Of a stretch of 64,000 nucleotides of DNA, positions 26,369-34,810 are shown in pieces (the first letter of the stretch is position 1; each line of letters starts with the position of its first letter). The notes under the pieces were generated by a model, which saw only the letters and a list, made by a program, of their open reading frames with translations, was not told the origin of the DNA and did not search any database. Location: positions 64,162 through 128,161 of the forward strand of contig CAZXGF010000010.1 of assembly GCA_964640185.1 (NCBI GenBank), given 5' to 3'. This DNA is from an uncultured Verrucomicrobiota bacterium. GTDB taxonomy: Bacteria; Auribacterota; JABMQX01. A program made the translations under genes and the position numbers.

Positions 26369-27859
26369 TTGGCGGAAAAGGACGACGTTAGCATGTCTAA
26401 AAGATTGACAATAGACCCCATAACACGACTCGAAGGACACGGCAAAATCGAGATCTTTCTGGATAGTCGCGGCAACGTCAGTCACGCTTATTTCCAGGTT
26501 CCGGAACTTCGTGGATTCGAGAAGTTCTGCGAGGGACGGCTCGCCGAGGAAATGCCCCGGATCACTCCCAAGATATGCGGCGTGTGCCCCACAGCGCACC
26601 ACATGGCTTCCGGAAAAGCCCTGGACGATCTGTTCGAGGTCAACCCTCCACCGGCAGCAAAGAAGATTCGGGAGCTTGTCAATTCGGCGTTCATTGCGGA
26701 GGATCACGCGCTCCATTTCTTCTTTCTGGGGGGGCCCGACTTCATTGTGGGCCCTCGGGCACCGGCGAGCGAGAGAAACATATTGGGTGTGATTGAAAAA
26801 GTTGGGCTCGACGCCGGCAAGCAGGTCATACACATCCGCAAACGGCTGCGTGATTTGATTGCGAAACAGGGGGGGAGAGTCATTCATCCAGTCTGTAACC
26901 TGCCGGGTGGGGTTTCCAAGGGTGTCAGCAAGGAGGACAGGGAGGAGTACATTCAAACGGGAAAGGAAGCCGTAGAATTCGCGCGATTTGCGCTGAAGAC
27001 CTTTGAGGATATTGTCGTTCAGAACAAGGAATATCTCGATCTTATCACCGGCGATATCTACCGCCACAGGACCTACTACATGGGGCTTGTGGATGAAAAC
27101 AACAAGGTCAACTTCTACGACGGTGAAATCAGGGTAGTTGACCCGGATGGGAAAGAGTTCGCGAAATTCAGTCCGAGAGAGTACCTGGACAACATCGAGG
27201 AACATATAGAGCCGTGGAGCTATGTGAAGTTTCCGTATCTCAAACACGTAGGGTGGAAGGGTTTTGTTGATGGCAAAGATAGCGGGGTGTATCGGGTTGC
27301 CCCGTTGGCCAGACTCAACGCGTCGGATGGAATGGCCACTCCGCTTGCCCAGGAAGAGTGTGAGAAGATGTATAGCACATTGGGTGGCAAGCCATCTCAT
27401 AATACACTTGCCAATCATTGGGCAAGGCTTATAGAGCTTCTCTACGCCTCGGAACGGCTCCTTGAGCTTGCCCAGGACGAGGAAATACTCGATCCCCACG
27501 TTCTAAACATTCCTTCGGCCGTGCCCGAGGAAGGGATCGGAGTTGTGGAGGCGCCGAGAGGCACACTCTACCATCACTACAAGACAGATGAGAAAGGAAT
27601 CCTCACCCACGTAAATCTCATCGTTGCCACAGTAAACAACGCGGCTGCGATATCTATGTCTATCGAGAAAGCAGCGAGAAGCCTGATCAAGAAAGGTAAG
27701 GCGGACGACGCGTTACTCAACATGGTGGAGATGGCTTTCAGGGCTTATGACCCTTGTCTTGCCTGTGCAACACATGCTATAGCAGGGGGTCCAGCGTTAG
27801 AAATTACGCTGTATGACAGTAAGGGAGAGCCGATAGACTCAATGGTCAATTTCGAGTGA
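26369..27859 (+). CDS. mvhA: [NiFe]-hydrogenase large subunit, MvhA-like (group 3c)
   Basis: N-terminal RLEGHG (L1 motif with CGVC just after) and C-terminal DPCLACATHA (L2 Ni-Fe ligands). 496 aa. Confidence 0.9.
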   Translation: MAEKDDVSMSKRLTIDPITRLEGHGKIEIFLDSRGNVSHAYFQVPELRGFEKFCEGRLAEEMPRITPKICGVCPTAHHMASGKALDDLFEVNPPPAAKKIRELVNSAFIAEDHALHFFFLGGPDFIVGPRAPASERNILGVIEKVGLDAGKQVIHIRKRLRDLIAKQGGRVIHPVCNLPGGVSKGVSKEDREEYIQTGKEAVEFARFALKTFEDIVVQNKEYLDLITGDIYRHRTYYMGLVDENNKVNFYDGEIRVVDPDGKEFAKFSPREYLDNIEEHIEPWSYVKFPYLKHVGWKGFVDGKDSGVYRVAPLARLNASDGMATPLAQEECEKMYSTLGGKPSHNTLANHWARLIELLYASERLLELAQDEEILDPHVLNIPSAVPEEGIGVVEAPRGTLYHHYKTDEKGILTHVNLIVATVNNAAAISMSIEKAARSLIKKGKADDALLNMVEMAFRAYDPCLACATHAIAGGPALEITLYDSKGEPIDSMVNFE

Positions 27860-28335
27860 TTCTTGTGAAACAAAAGGGCCGCACAGTTGTCGTGGGGATT
27901 GGGAATCCGATTCGCGGAGACGATGGTGTCGCAATCCGCCTGGTGCGCAAATTGAGAGAAGTGCTGCCCCCAAGGTTTGAGGTGAAGGAATCGGCCACGG
28001 CGGGCTTGGAATTGATGGAGACCATCCTGGGCTATCGCAGGGCAATCCTCATAGATGCTATACGAACTCCCGAAGGTGTGCCAGGTGAAGTTTACCGTTT
28101 TGATTGGCAGGACTCGAAGGTCGCCCCCTATCTACCTTTCTCTCACACGATCAATCTGGGGCAGGTTGTGGAGATGGGAGGGATGTTGGGGGGGCAAGAG
28201 ATGCCTGCCGTGGAAGTTCTGGCAGTTGAGGCGAAAAGACTTGATGCCTTCTGCGAGGACTTAAGCCCGGAATTGGAAGAGAAGCTTGACGAGATTGCCG
28301 CGGAACTTAGAACCGCAATCCAAGAGATAGATTGA
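27856..28335 (+). CDS. hydrogenase maturation endopeptidase (HycI/HyaD/FrhD family)
   Basis: VVGIGNPIRGDDGVAIRLV...D/H metal-binding pattern, a 4-nt overlap with mvhA, 159 aa. Confidence 0.8.
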   Translation: MILVKQKGRTVVVGIGNPIRGDDGVAIRLVRKLREVLPPRFEVKESATAGLELMETILGYRRAILIDAIRTPEGVPGEVYRFDWQDSKVAPYLPFSHTINLGQVVEMGGMLGGQEMPAVEVLAVEAKRLDAFCEDLSPELEEKLDEIAAELRTAIQEID

Positions 28336-28338
28336 AAC

Positions 28339-29445
28339 ATGACGAAGAGGGTTTACGTTGCAGCTACGAGACAGAATGACGGAAAGACCGTAGTCTCGAT
28401 AGGGCTTTTGAGGGCTTTTCTAAAAAGATATAATAAGGTGGGTTATATCAAGCCAGTCGGCCAGCAGTTTCGTATCGTGGACGGCGAGCAAGTAGATAAA
28501 GATGCGATCTTGATGAAGTCGATCTATGGGCTTGAGGAGAATTTAAGAGACATGAGTCCCATCGCCGTGCCGAGGGGATTCACAGAGAACTACATTCTCC
28601 ATGGGAACGCGCAGGCGCTCCGAAGAAAAGTCCTCGAAGCCTATGACAGAATAGCTAAGGACAAAGAGATAGTTGTTGTCGAGGGCACAGGACACGCAGG
28701 AGTCGGCTCTACCTTCGATATGTCAAACGCGGACGTGGCCCATCTTCTCGGTGCGCAAGTGATTTTGGTGACCTGTGGTGGAATTGGACGGCCAATCGAC
28801 GAGATAATGCTGAACAAGCCAACCTTCGATACCCGGGCTGTGAAGATACTGGGAGTGATTATCAATAAAGTCCTTCGTAAGAAATACAACAAGATCGATA
28901 CTTTTGTCAGAAGAGGATTGGAGAAGAAAAACATCGAAGTCTTGGGTGTGGTTCCGTTCGATCAGGTTCTTTCCAGTCCAACAGTCTCCGATCTTCTTGA
29001 AGATATCGGAGGAACGCTGCTGTATGGAAAAGGGCACCTGGATAATTCCGTAACCAAAATTGTAGTGGGCGCCATGCCTCCTCACGAGGCGCTGAACTAT
29101 TTTGGGCCCGGCACGCTGCTCATTACGCCTGGTAATAGAGAAGACAACATGCTGGCGGCAATTGGGGGTTGCCTTGCCGCTATCACGAAGACGCAGTGTG
29201 TGTCAGGGATTGTGGCGACATGTGGGTTCATTCCTCATAAGAGCGTACTGAAACTCATGGAGCGGGTTCCGATCCCGTTGATAGCCATCAAAGACGATAC
29301 TTATACGGCCGCCTCCAAGATCAATAGTCTCATAACTAAGATAAGGCCGAACGACACAAAGAAGATCACCGCGACAGAGCGCTTGATACAGAAATACGTG
29401 GATATAGATAGACTACTCTCTCTAATCCAGAATAGTGCTAATTAG
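28339..29445 (+). CDS. stand-alone phosphotransacetylase-N-terminal-like protein (AAA_26/CobQ-type P-loop fold plus DRTGG domain)
   Basis: VYVAATRQNDGKTVVSIGLLRAF (degenerate P-loop) and a C-terminal DRTGG-like block GTLLITPGNREDNMLAAIGG...IPLIAIKDDTYTAASKI. It lacks the Pta catalytic domain. Confidence 0.6.
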   Translation: MTKRVYVAATRQNDGKTVVSIGLLRAFLKRYNKVGYIKPVGQQFRIVDGEQVDKDAILMKSIYGLEENLRDMSPIAVPRGFTENYILHGNAQALRRKVLEAYDRIAKDKEIVVVEGTGHAGVGSTFDMSNADVAHLLGAQVILVTCGGIGRPIDEIMLNKPTFDTRAVKILGVIINKVLRKKYNKIDTFVRRGLEKKNIEVLGVVPFDQVLSSPTVSDLLEDIGGTLLYGKGHLDNSVTKIVVGAMPPHEALNYFGPGTLLITPGNREDNMLAAIGGCLAAITKTQCVSGIVATCGFIPHKSVLKLMERVPIPLIAIKDDTYTAASKINSLITKIRPNDTKKITATERLIQKYVDIDRLLSLIQNSAN

Positions 29446-29560
29446 TCCTCCATGTATGAGAGTTTCAGGGGACTTAGCAAACATGGATTATGGTAGTAAC
29501 GAGCCTGACGGCTGAGCGCCGCAGCGGTTTTTCACGATAAGTGTAGGGAAGCGGAAGAGT

Positions 29561-30775
29561 ATGGCAAACCGCGACGACGGTTTGAGAAAGGAGGGTTTGG
29601 ATATGGCGCAACCAAAATTTGTGGGCAAAGTGGAGTGGCCCGTCACGGTGCAGCTCGGAAAAGGGCTTGAAGGGGCGATCACGGGAGAATCGGCGATCGG
29701 CTACGTGGACGGCCAGAAGGGGTGGTTGGTCTATCGCGGATACAACATTTTCGACCTGGCCGAGCATTCCAGCTATGAGGAGACAGCTTACCTCTTGCTC
29801 TTCGGGAAGCTCCCCAAACAAGAAGAGCTGGACAAATTCAAGCAGAAGCTGATGGGGTATCGTGCCGTTCCGGGGTCAGTGTTTGACACGCTGAAATCTC
29901 TCCCCAGAGAGACCCATCCCATGGCGGCGTTGAGGACAGGAGTTTCGGTCCTGGGATGCCTTGATCCGAACGCTGACAAATGCGCCATCGAGAGCGAGAC
30001 GGAGATTTCGATCAAGCTGATTTCTCAGACCGCGACGATAGCCGCTGCCGTGGCCAGAACTCGGAAAGGTCTGGAACCTGTTGACCCTGACCCCAGCCTC
30101 GATCACACCGCCAATTATCTTCTGATGACCACCGGGGAAAAGCCGGATGAGTTGATGGCCAAGGTAATGGACGTGGCACTCATTCTGCACGCCGACCACG
30201 GCATGAACGCCTCGACATTCACCACGATGGTCATCCACTCCTCCCTTTCCGACATGTACTCTGCGATTGTAGGAGGGATCTGCAGCTTGAAGGGGCCGCT
30301 CCATGGTGGAGCCAATGAACGGGCTCTGGCAGACCTGCTGAAGTTGAACGACGAGGAGGACGCCGCGAGGTACGTCAAAGAGTGCATCGCCCAGAAGAAG
30401 AAGATTATGGGCTTCGGGCACCGCGTCTATAAGGCTTACGATCCCAGGGCCAAAATCCTCGGCAAGTACTCGCAGGATGTAAGCGAAAAGAAGGGGATGG
30501 GGCGCCTTTATCGCATCGCCAAAAGGGTCGAGGATGAGGTCATTGCAGCTTACGGAGAAAAGGGCATATTCCCGAACGTGGATTTCTATTCGGGCACAAT
30601 CTACTACGCGTTCGGCATAGAGCCAGCGATGTTCACGCCGATTTTTGCGGTCAGCAGGGTTGCCGGATGGTGCGCCCGTGTGCTCGAGTACATGCCTGTG
30701 AACAGGATTTTCCGTCCGCGAGCGGAATATGTGGGAGCGCTGGAGACGGAATACGTGCCTATTGACCAAAGGTAA
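29561..30775 (+). CDS. gltA: citrate synthase
   Basis: GLEGAITGESAIGYVDGQKGWLVYRGYNIFDLA, the catalytic His/Asp regions (GFGHRVYKAYDPRA), 404 aa. Confidence 0.85.
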   Translation: MANRDDGLRKEGLDMAQPKFVGKVEWPVTVQLGKGLEGAITGESAIGYVDGQKGWLVYRGYNIFDLAEHSSYEETAYLLLFGKLPKQEELDKFKQKLMGYRAVPGSVFDTLKSLPRETHPMAALRTGVSVLGCLDPNADKCAIESETEISIKLISQTATIAAAVARTRKGLEPVDPDPSLDHTANYLLMTTGEKPDELMAKVMDVALILHADHGMNASTFTTMVIHSSLSDMYSAIVGGICSLKGPLHGGANERALADLLKLNDEEDAARYVKECIAQKKKIMGFGHRVYKAYDPRAKILGKYSQDVSEKKGMGRLYRIAKRVEDEVIAAYGEKGIFPNVDFYSGTIYYAFGIEPAMFTPIFAVSRVAGWCARVLEYMPVNRIFRPRAEYVGALETEYVPIDQR

Positions 30776-30979
30776 GGTTGGCGCTGGCGGGGGTTGATTT
30801 GCCCCGGCAGTCCAACTCGGCTGAAAATGGCGGCGGAGTGGCTTATTGCAGACGCCTTATTCTCAACTGCATTACCTGGGGAAACACGGGCGAAGAGCAA
30901 GTCTGCCAGTCAAGCTACTCTTCTACACCGCGATTTTGTAAGTTCTTGCGCAAAAGGCAGTTGTGTTTTTCGATTCTGC

Positions 30980-32830
30980 TCTTGGCACTACGTTTCGTTT
31001 TCTGTGCGGTTTTGCGATGCTCAGGGGATTTTTGCTTCGCAGAGCCGAACGATCGGTCCAAGGGCTACACCAACCGCCTGAATAGCTTTGCCGGCGTCGC
31101 CCAGTGTGCGGTTTCGGATCACGAAGGTCTTCCCGGTGTTTCGGACAGTGATCTCCTCGAGGTCGTGGAGGTCATTCCTCAGACGGTCCCAGTGCATAGT
31201 CCAACCCCGAGCTTGCATCTTCGCCTGTAGTTCCTTCAACAGCACGAGCGCGAGGAAACTACAGAAAACGTGGCCGCGAATGGTCTCGTCCACTTTGTGG
31301 TAAATCGGTCGCGTCCGCAAAACCCACTTGATGCTGCGAAAAACGGCTTCCACCATCCACAGCTCTTTGTATTTCAGGGCCACTTCCTCCGCCGTCATAT
31401 CGGTGTCGGTTTGCAGCACCCACTTGCCGTCCAAGCGCGCTTCACGGCGGACCTTCTGTTCGTCTATGACAAACCCCGTCTTTGGCGGGGAGGTTGTCTT
31501 GAGAAACTTGCGATAGCCTTTGTTTCCCACAAGCGACTTGTCACCCCGCTTGAGTTGGTCTCGCAACGCCGCGACGATGGCTTCCCGGTCGGCTCTATCT
31601 TTCTCCGCTTGCTCCTCGTTGTGGCAAACGATGTACCGGCGCCCATTGACGGAAACGTCTTTGACCTTCAAGGGCGATGGATCCTTTCTGTCCTTCCTCG
31701 CACCGTGAACCACTTGATAGCGATCCTGCCTTCGGCGGGACAGCACTTCCTCCCTCACCTCTTTCACAGCCCGCATCCTCGCTCCTAAGATGAACTTCGT
31801 GTCGCGGTGCGCCTGTTTTAGTTGCTCCATGACTTCTTTGCTGACCATCCGTCTGTCAGCTACCACCCGTATGGAGCCGATGTGAAAACGCTTCTTCAAG
31901 CGATCCACCACCGGGATAAGAGTCTTCACATCCGTGGTGTTGCCCGGCCATAACTCACAACACAGAGGGTGTCCGTTCTCCTCCAGCACGACTCCCACGA
32001 TCATCTGCTTGCGATCGGGGCGGTGATCCTTGCTATTGCCGTACTCTCCCAACGTCTCGCCTCCTTCACCCTCAAAGTAGATCGAAGTGGTGTCGAAAAA
32101 CACAATATCCAACCGACTGAACAGGTCTCGCCGTAAGTCAAACAACCACTCCTCAATCAGGTCCTTCGTGCAGCGTGGAGACAAGCCGCTCACTGCGCTC
32201 TGCTTTTCTTCGCCAAGCGGCTCGCCCAGCCAGGCCATCGCCCGGTACAGGTGGTGGAGACGCAGTTTCTTTGCCCCTTTGATCTTGTACTTCTGATGCC
32301 ACACCTCCGCCGCTCTATCACTCCCCGGAGCAAATAGACGGTGCAATACCGTCAAAAACACTGCTCGCTCCACGTCAAACTCGTACTTGCGCTCTGCAAG
32401 CAGGTGCTTTATCACCCTCGGCGCCCGCGATTCCCGCCACAGCCTCTCAAAAACCAGCGGCGGCCCGATGTGAATGGTGTCCGCCGGCGGAGTCTTCCCC
32501 CGTCTCGTGGCGTCAATCACAGCGATGCGCTGCGCAAACCTCGCGCACGACGCGATAAGCCCATCTATCTGCCCGGTCATCATCAACACGTCGCAACGAC
32601 CCAGCGTGGCAACGATCTCCTGCCGCACCTTCCCTCCCTTCCTGTAGTTGTGAGCTACCTGGAAGTATTCGTACTTGCCTGACTTCTTCACTCTCACAAA
32701 CATGCGCCTTCCCTCCTATCTCAGGACCAATGTTGGTCACTACACTACAACGGAAGCATAAAGAAGCGGCGCATGTAGGAAAAGAATCCGCAACCGGGCT
32801 GATTTCTCAGAATATGTGGCACTACGTTTT
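30980..32830. mobile_element. IS1634-family insertion sequence (approximate boundaries)
   Basis: A single 560-aa transposase ORF. The 13-mer TGGCACTACGTTT is present as a direct repeat on both flanks, at about 30983 and about 32817. A second related motif AAAAG(G/C)(C/G)(A/C)(G/T)TTGTGTTTT occurs outside each copy. The terminal inverted repeats are imperfect. Confidence 0.55.
31021..32703 (-). CDS. IS1634-family (IS4-related) DDE transposase
   Basis: The N-terminus MFVRVKKSGKYEYFQVAHNYRKGGKVRQEIVATLGR is characteristic of IS1634-type transposases, and the length (560 aa) is typical. Confidence 0.85.
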   Translation of the reverse strand: MFVRVKKSGKYEYFQVAHNYRKGGKVRQEIVATLGRCDVLMMTGQIDGLIASCARFAQRIAVIDATRRGKTPPADTIHIGPPLVFERLWRESRAPRVIKHLLAERKYEFDVERAVFLTVLHRLFAPGSDRAAEVWHQKYKIKGAKKLRLHHLYRAMAWLGEPLGEEKQSAVSGLSPRCTKDLIEEWLFDLRRDLFSRLDIVFFDTTSIYFEGEGGETLGEYGNSKDHRPDRKQMIVGVVLEENGHPLCCELWPGNTTDVKTLIPVVDRLKKRFHIGSIRVVADRRMVSKEVMEQLKQAHRDTKFILGARMRAVKEVREEVLSRRRQDRYQVVHGARKDRKDPSPLKVKDVSVNGRRYIVCHNEEQAEKDRADREAIVAALRDQLKRGDKSLVGNKGYRKFLKTTSPPKTGFVIDEQKVRREARLDGKWVLQTDTDMTAEEVALKYKELWMVEAVFRSIKWVLRTRPIYHKVDETIRGHVFCSFLALVLLKELQAKMQARGWTMHWDRLRNDLHDLEEITVRNTGKTFVIRNRTLGDAGKAIQAVGVALGPIVRLCEAKIP

Positions 32831-32994
32831 CAGCGAAAAGCGGCTTGTGTTTTCATAAGTCGTTGATTCCCAAGACGCCAATTCTTCACCACCCGTCGCA
32901 ACTGTAGAAGATGGGCTTGGGCGCATCCGCGATCCTAAAGCGCTTTCCAACCGTCGCACTCCCGGATGAAATCAGTTGTCAAAACTCCGACATG

Positions 32995-34557
32995 TTACGT
33001 CCCCTCCGGCCCCCGAATGTGCCCCTTACCGACTCCCTTGACCGAACAGCCGAGCCGCAGGTATTTCGTGATTTTCTCCTCCGTCAAGAAATCGGAGCAA
33101 TCCACAATGAGAGGCGTTTTGCCGGCGGCACGGACAACATCCTGGGGGTCCAAAGCAAGATACGCCCTATGTCCCACGGCGAAGACCACCGCATCCGCCC
33201 CTTTCAGGCATTGGGCGAGGTCCTTGTTCGCGAATGCCTCTTCCAGTTCCGGCCACGTTTCCACGAGCGGATCGTGGACGGTCACTTCGGCGCCTGCATC
33301 GCGTAACTTTTTCCATAGGGTCGCCGAAGGCGAATGTCGGGTGTCGCCGACATCTTCCAGATAGGAGGCGCCGAGGAGGACAACAGTTTTCCCGCCCAGG
33401 TCACCACACACAGCTTCCTGAATAATCTCAAATGTGTGGAGCGGCATCAGATCGTTGATGTCCACAGACCGCACGGCGTATTCGAGTTGAACGTCAGTTC
33501 CAAGCAGCTCCGCCGCTGCCCAGTTGGCCAGCACAGGGTCCTTCGTCAGGCAGTACCCGCCGACCCCAAGACTGGGCCGACACATATTGTCGTGCGTTCC
33601 TTTTCTCACGCGGATAGACCTGATAACCTCGAACAGATTGACGCCGCTTTTTTCGGCGAGCCGTGCCCACTCGAGCGTCAGAGCAATGTTAACCGCGCGG
33701 TAGGTATTCTCAAAGACCTTGGCAATTTCTGACGCGGTCGTACTCCTCAGGCGATACAGTGGAAAATGGGCAACGTCAAGAACGTTGGAGAGGAATACGC
33801 GAGCCAATTCCGTACTCACGTCATCAACGCCTGCGTAAGTGCGCCAGAAGTTTCGGATGGAGCTGACGTACCGTCTGCCGGGCATGACCCGCTCGTAAGA
33901 GTGAGCGACTCTGGGGGGATTTTCCGCCGTGTTGATACCGCGTTTCTCGAATTCCTCCTCCAGAATCGGCTTGATGACCTTCTCGCACGTCCCCGGCGGC
34001 ACCGTTGTCTCCACCAATACCAAAGCTTCGGGTTTGATATGCCGCCCGAGGGTCCGCATTCCTTCACTGAAAGCTGAGAGGTCGCAGTATCCCTCCGCGG
34101 CTCTGCCCAATGTCGGCTTGGTAGCGTCGAGCTGGATGTCCACCACCACGATGTCGGCGAGCTTATAGGCGTGATCGTGCCATGTGGCGCGGAGCGTCTT
34201 CTTTTCCAGGACGCACCGGCGGAATATCTCAGGGATCTCGGGGTCATCAGCCTTTACGGGCGGCTTCCCGCTGTTGATGACAGGCACTTTCCAGAAGGAC
34301 CGGCGCGAGGGCCTCAGATGCCCGTGCACAAAATAGAACGGTTCGCCCTTGCCGTTCTCGGCGTCGGCGACGATGGCGCCCATTACCGCTCCGACGAACC
34401 CCATTCCCTGCACAACAACGATGCCACGGCCGAGCTTTTGCTGCTCGTCAGTGATTCTGTCCAAAGCCTCCTTCTCCTTCTCGCTTTCGTCCGGTCCGCG
34501 AAGCTGATATTCCTTCCCGTGGGGGGCAAGAGAAATGGCTGGTGTCATCGGCTTCAT
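32995..34557 (-). CDS. nucleotide-sugar dehydrogenase (UDP-glucose/GDP-mannose/UDP-ManNAc 6-dehydrogenase family)
   Basis: N-terminal Rossmann fold GMGFVGAVMGAIVA, a central dimerisation region and a C-terminal UDP-binding domain. 520 aa with N-terminal and internal extensions. Confidence 0.8.
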   Translation of the reverse strand: MKPMTPAISLAPHGKEYQLRGPDESEKEKEALDRITDEQQKLGRGIVVVQGMGFVGAVMGAIVADAENGKGEPFYFVHGHLRPSRRSFWKVPVINSGKPPVKADDPEIPEIFRRCVLEKKTLRATWHDHAYKLADIVVVDIQLDATKPTLGRAAEGYCDLSAFSEGMRTLGRHIKPEALVLVETTVPPGTCEKVIKPILEEEFEKRGINTAENPPRVAHSYERVMPGRRYVSSIRNFWRTYAGVDDVSTELARVFLSNVLDVAHFPLYRLRSTTASEIAKVFENTYRAVNIALTLEWARLAEKSGVNLFEVIRSIRVRKGTHDNMCRPSLGVGGYCLTKDPVLANWAAAELLGTDVQLEYAVRSVDINDLMPLHTFEIIQEAVCGDLGGKTVVLLGASYLEDVGDTRHSPSATLWKKLRDAGAEVTVHDPLVETWPELEEAFANKDLAQCLKGADAVVFAVGHRAYLALDPQDVVRAAGKTPLIVDCSDFLTEEKITKYLRLGCSVKGVGKGHIRGPEGT

Positions 34558-34810
34558 TCCTTTCTATATCCTGCTGCTCTCCTGTAGCTTCTCAATTATT
34601 CGCTTTCTTTTCTTCTTCTTTTTACCCGAAACGGGAGGCTTGTTAAAGCGCTAATGTTGCCTTGCCTCTTCGCCACCGAGGATGGAGGCTTGACATCTTC
34701 CTTGCTGGCAGCGACAATTGCGTGTGTGTGGTGGCCCGGACAGAGCGTTTGCCGCGCGTGTCGCTCGATTCCCGATAAAGCAGCGTAATTCAACTGTGGA
34801 GGAGGGAAGC

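Noticed and set aside
25916-27499. 527-aa ORF on the minus strand
   Set aside because: It is fully antisense to the well-supported mvhG/mvhA genes. It is low complexity with no domain signatures, the typical long antisense ORF found in GC-rich DNA.
29876-30769. 297-aa minus-strand ORF
   Set aside because: It is antisense to citrate synthase, whose catalytic motifs are unambiguous.
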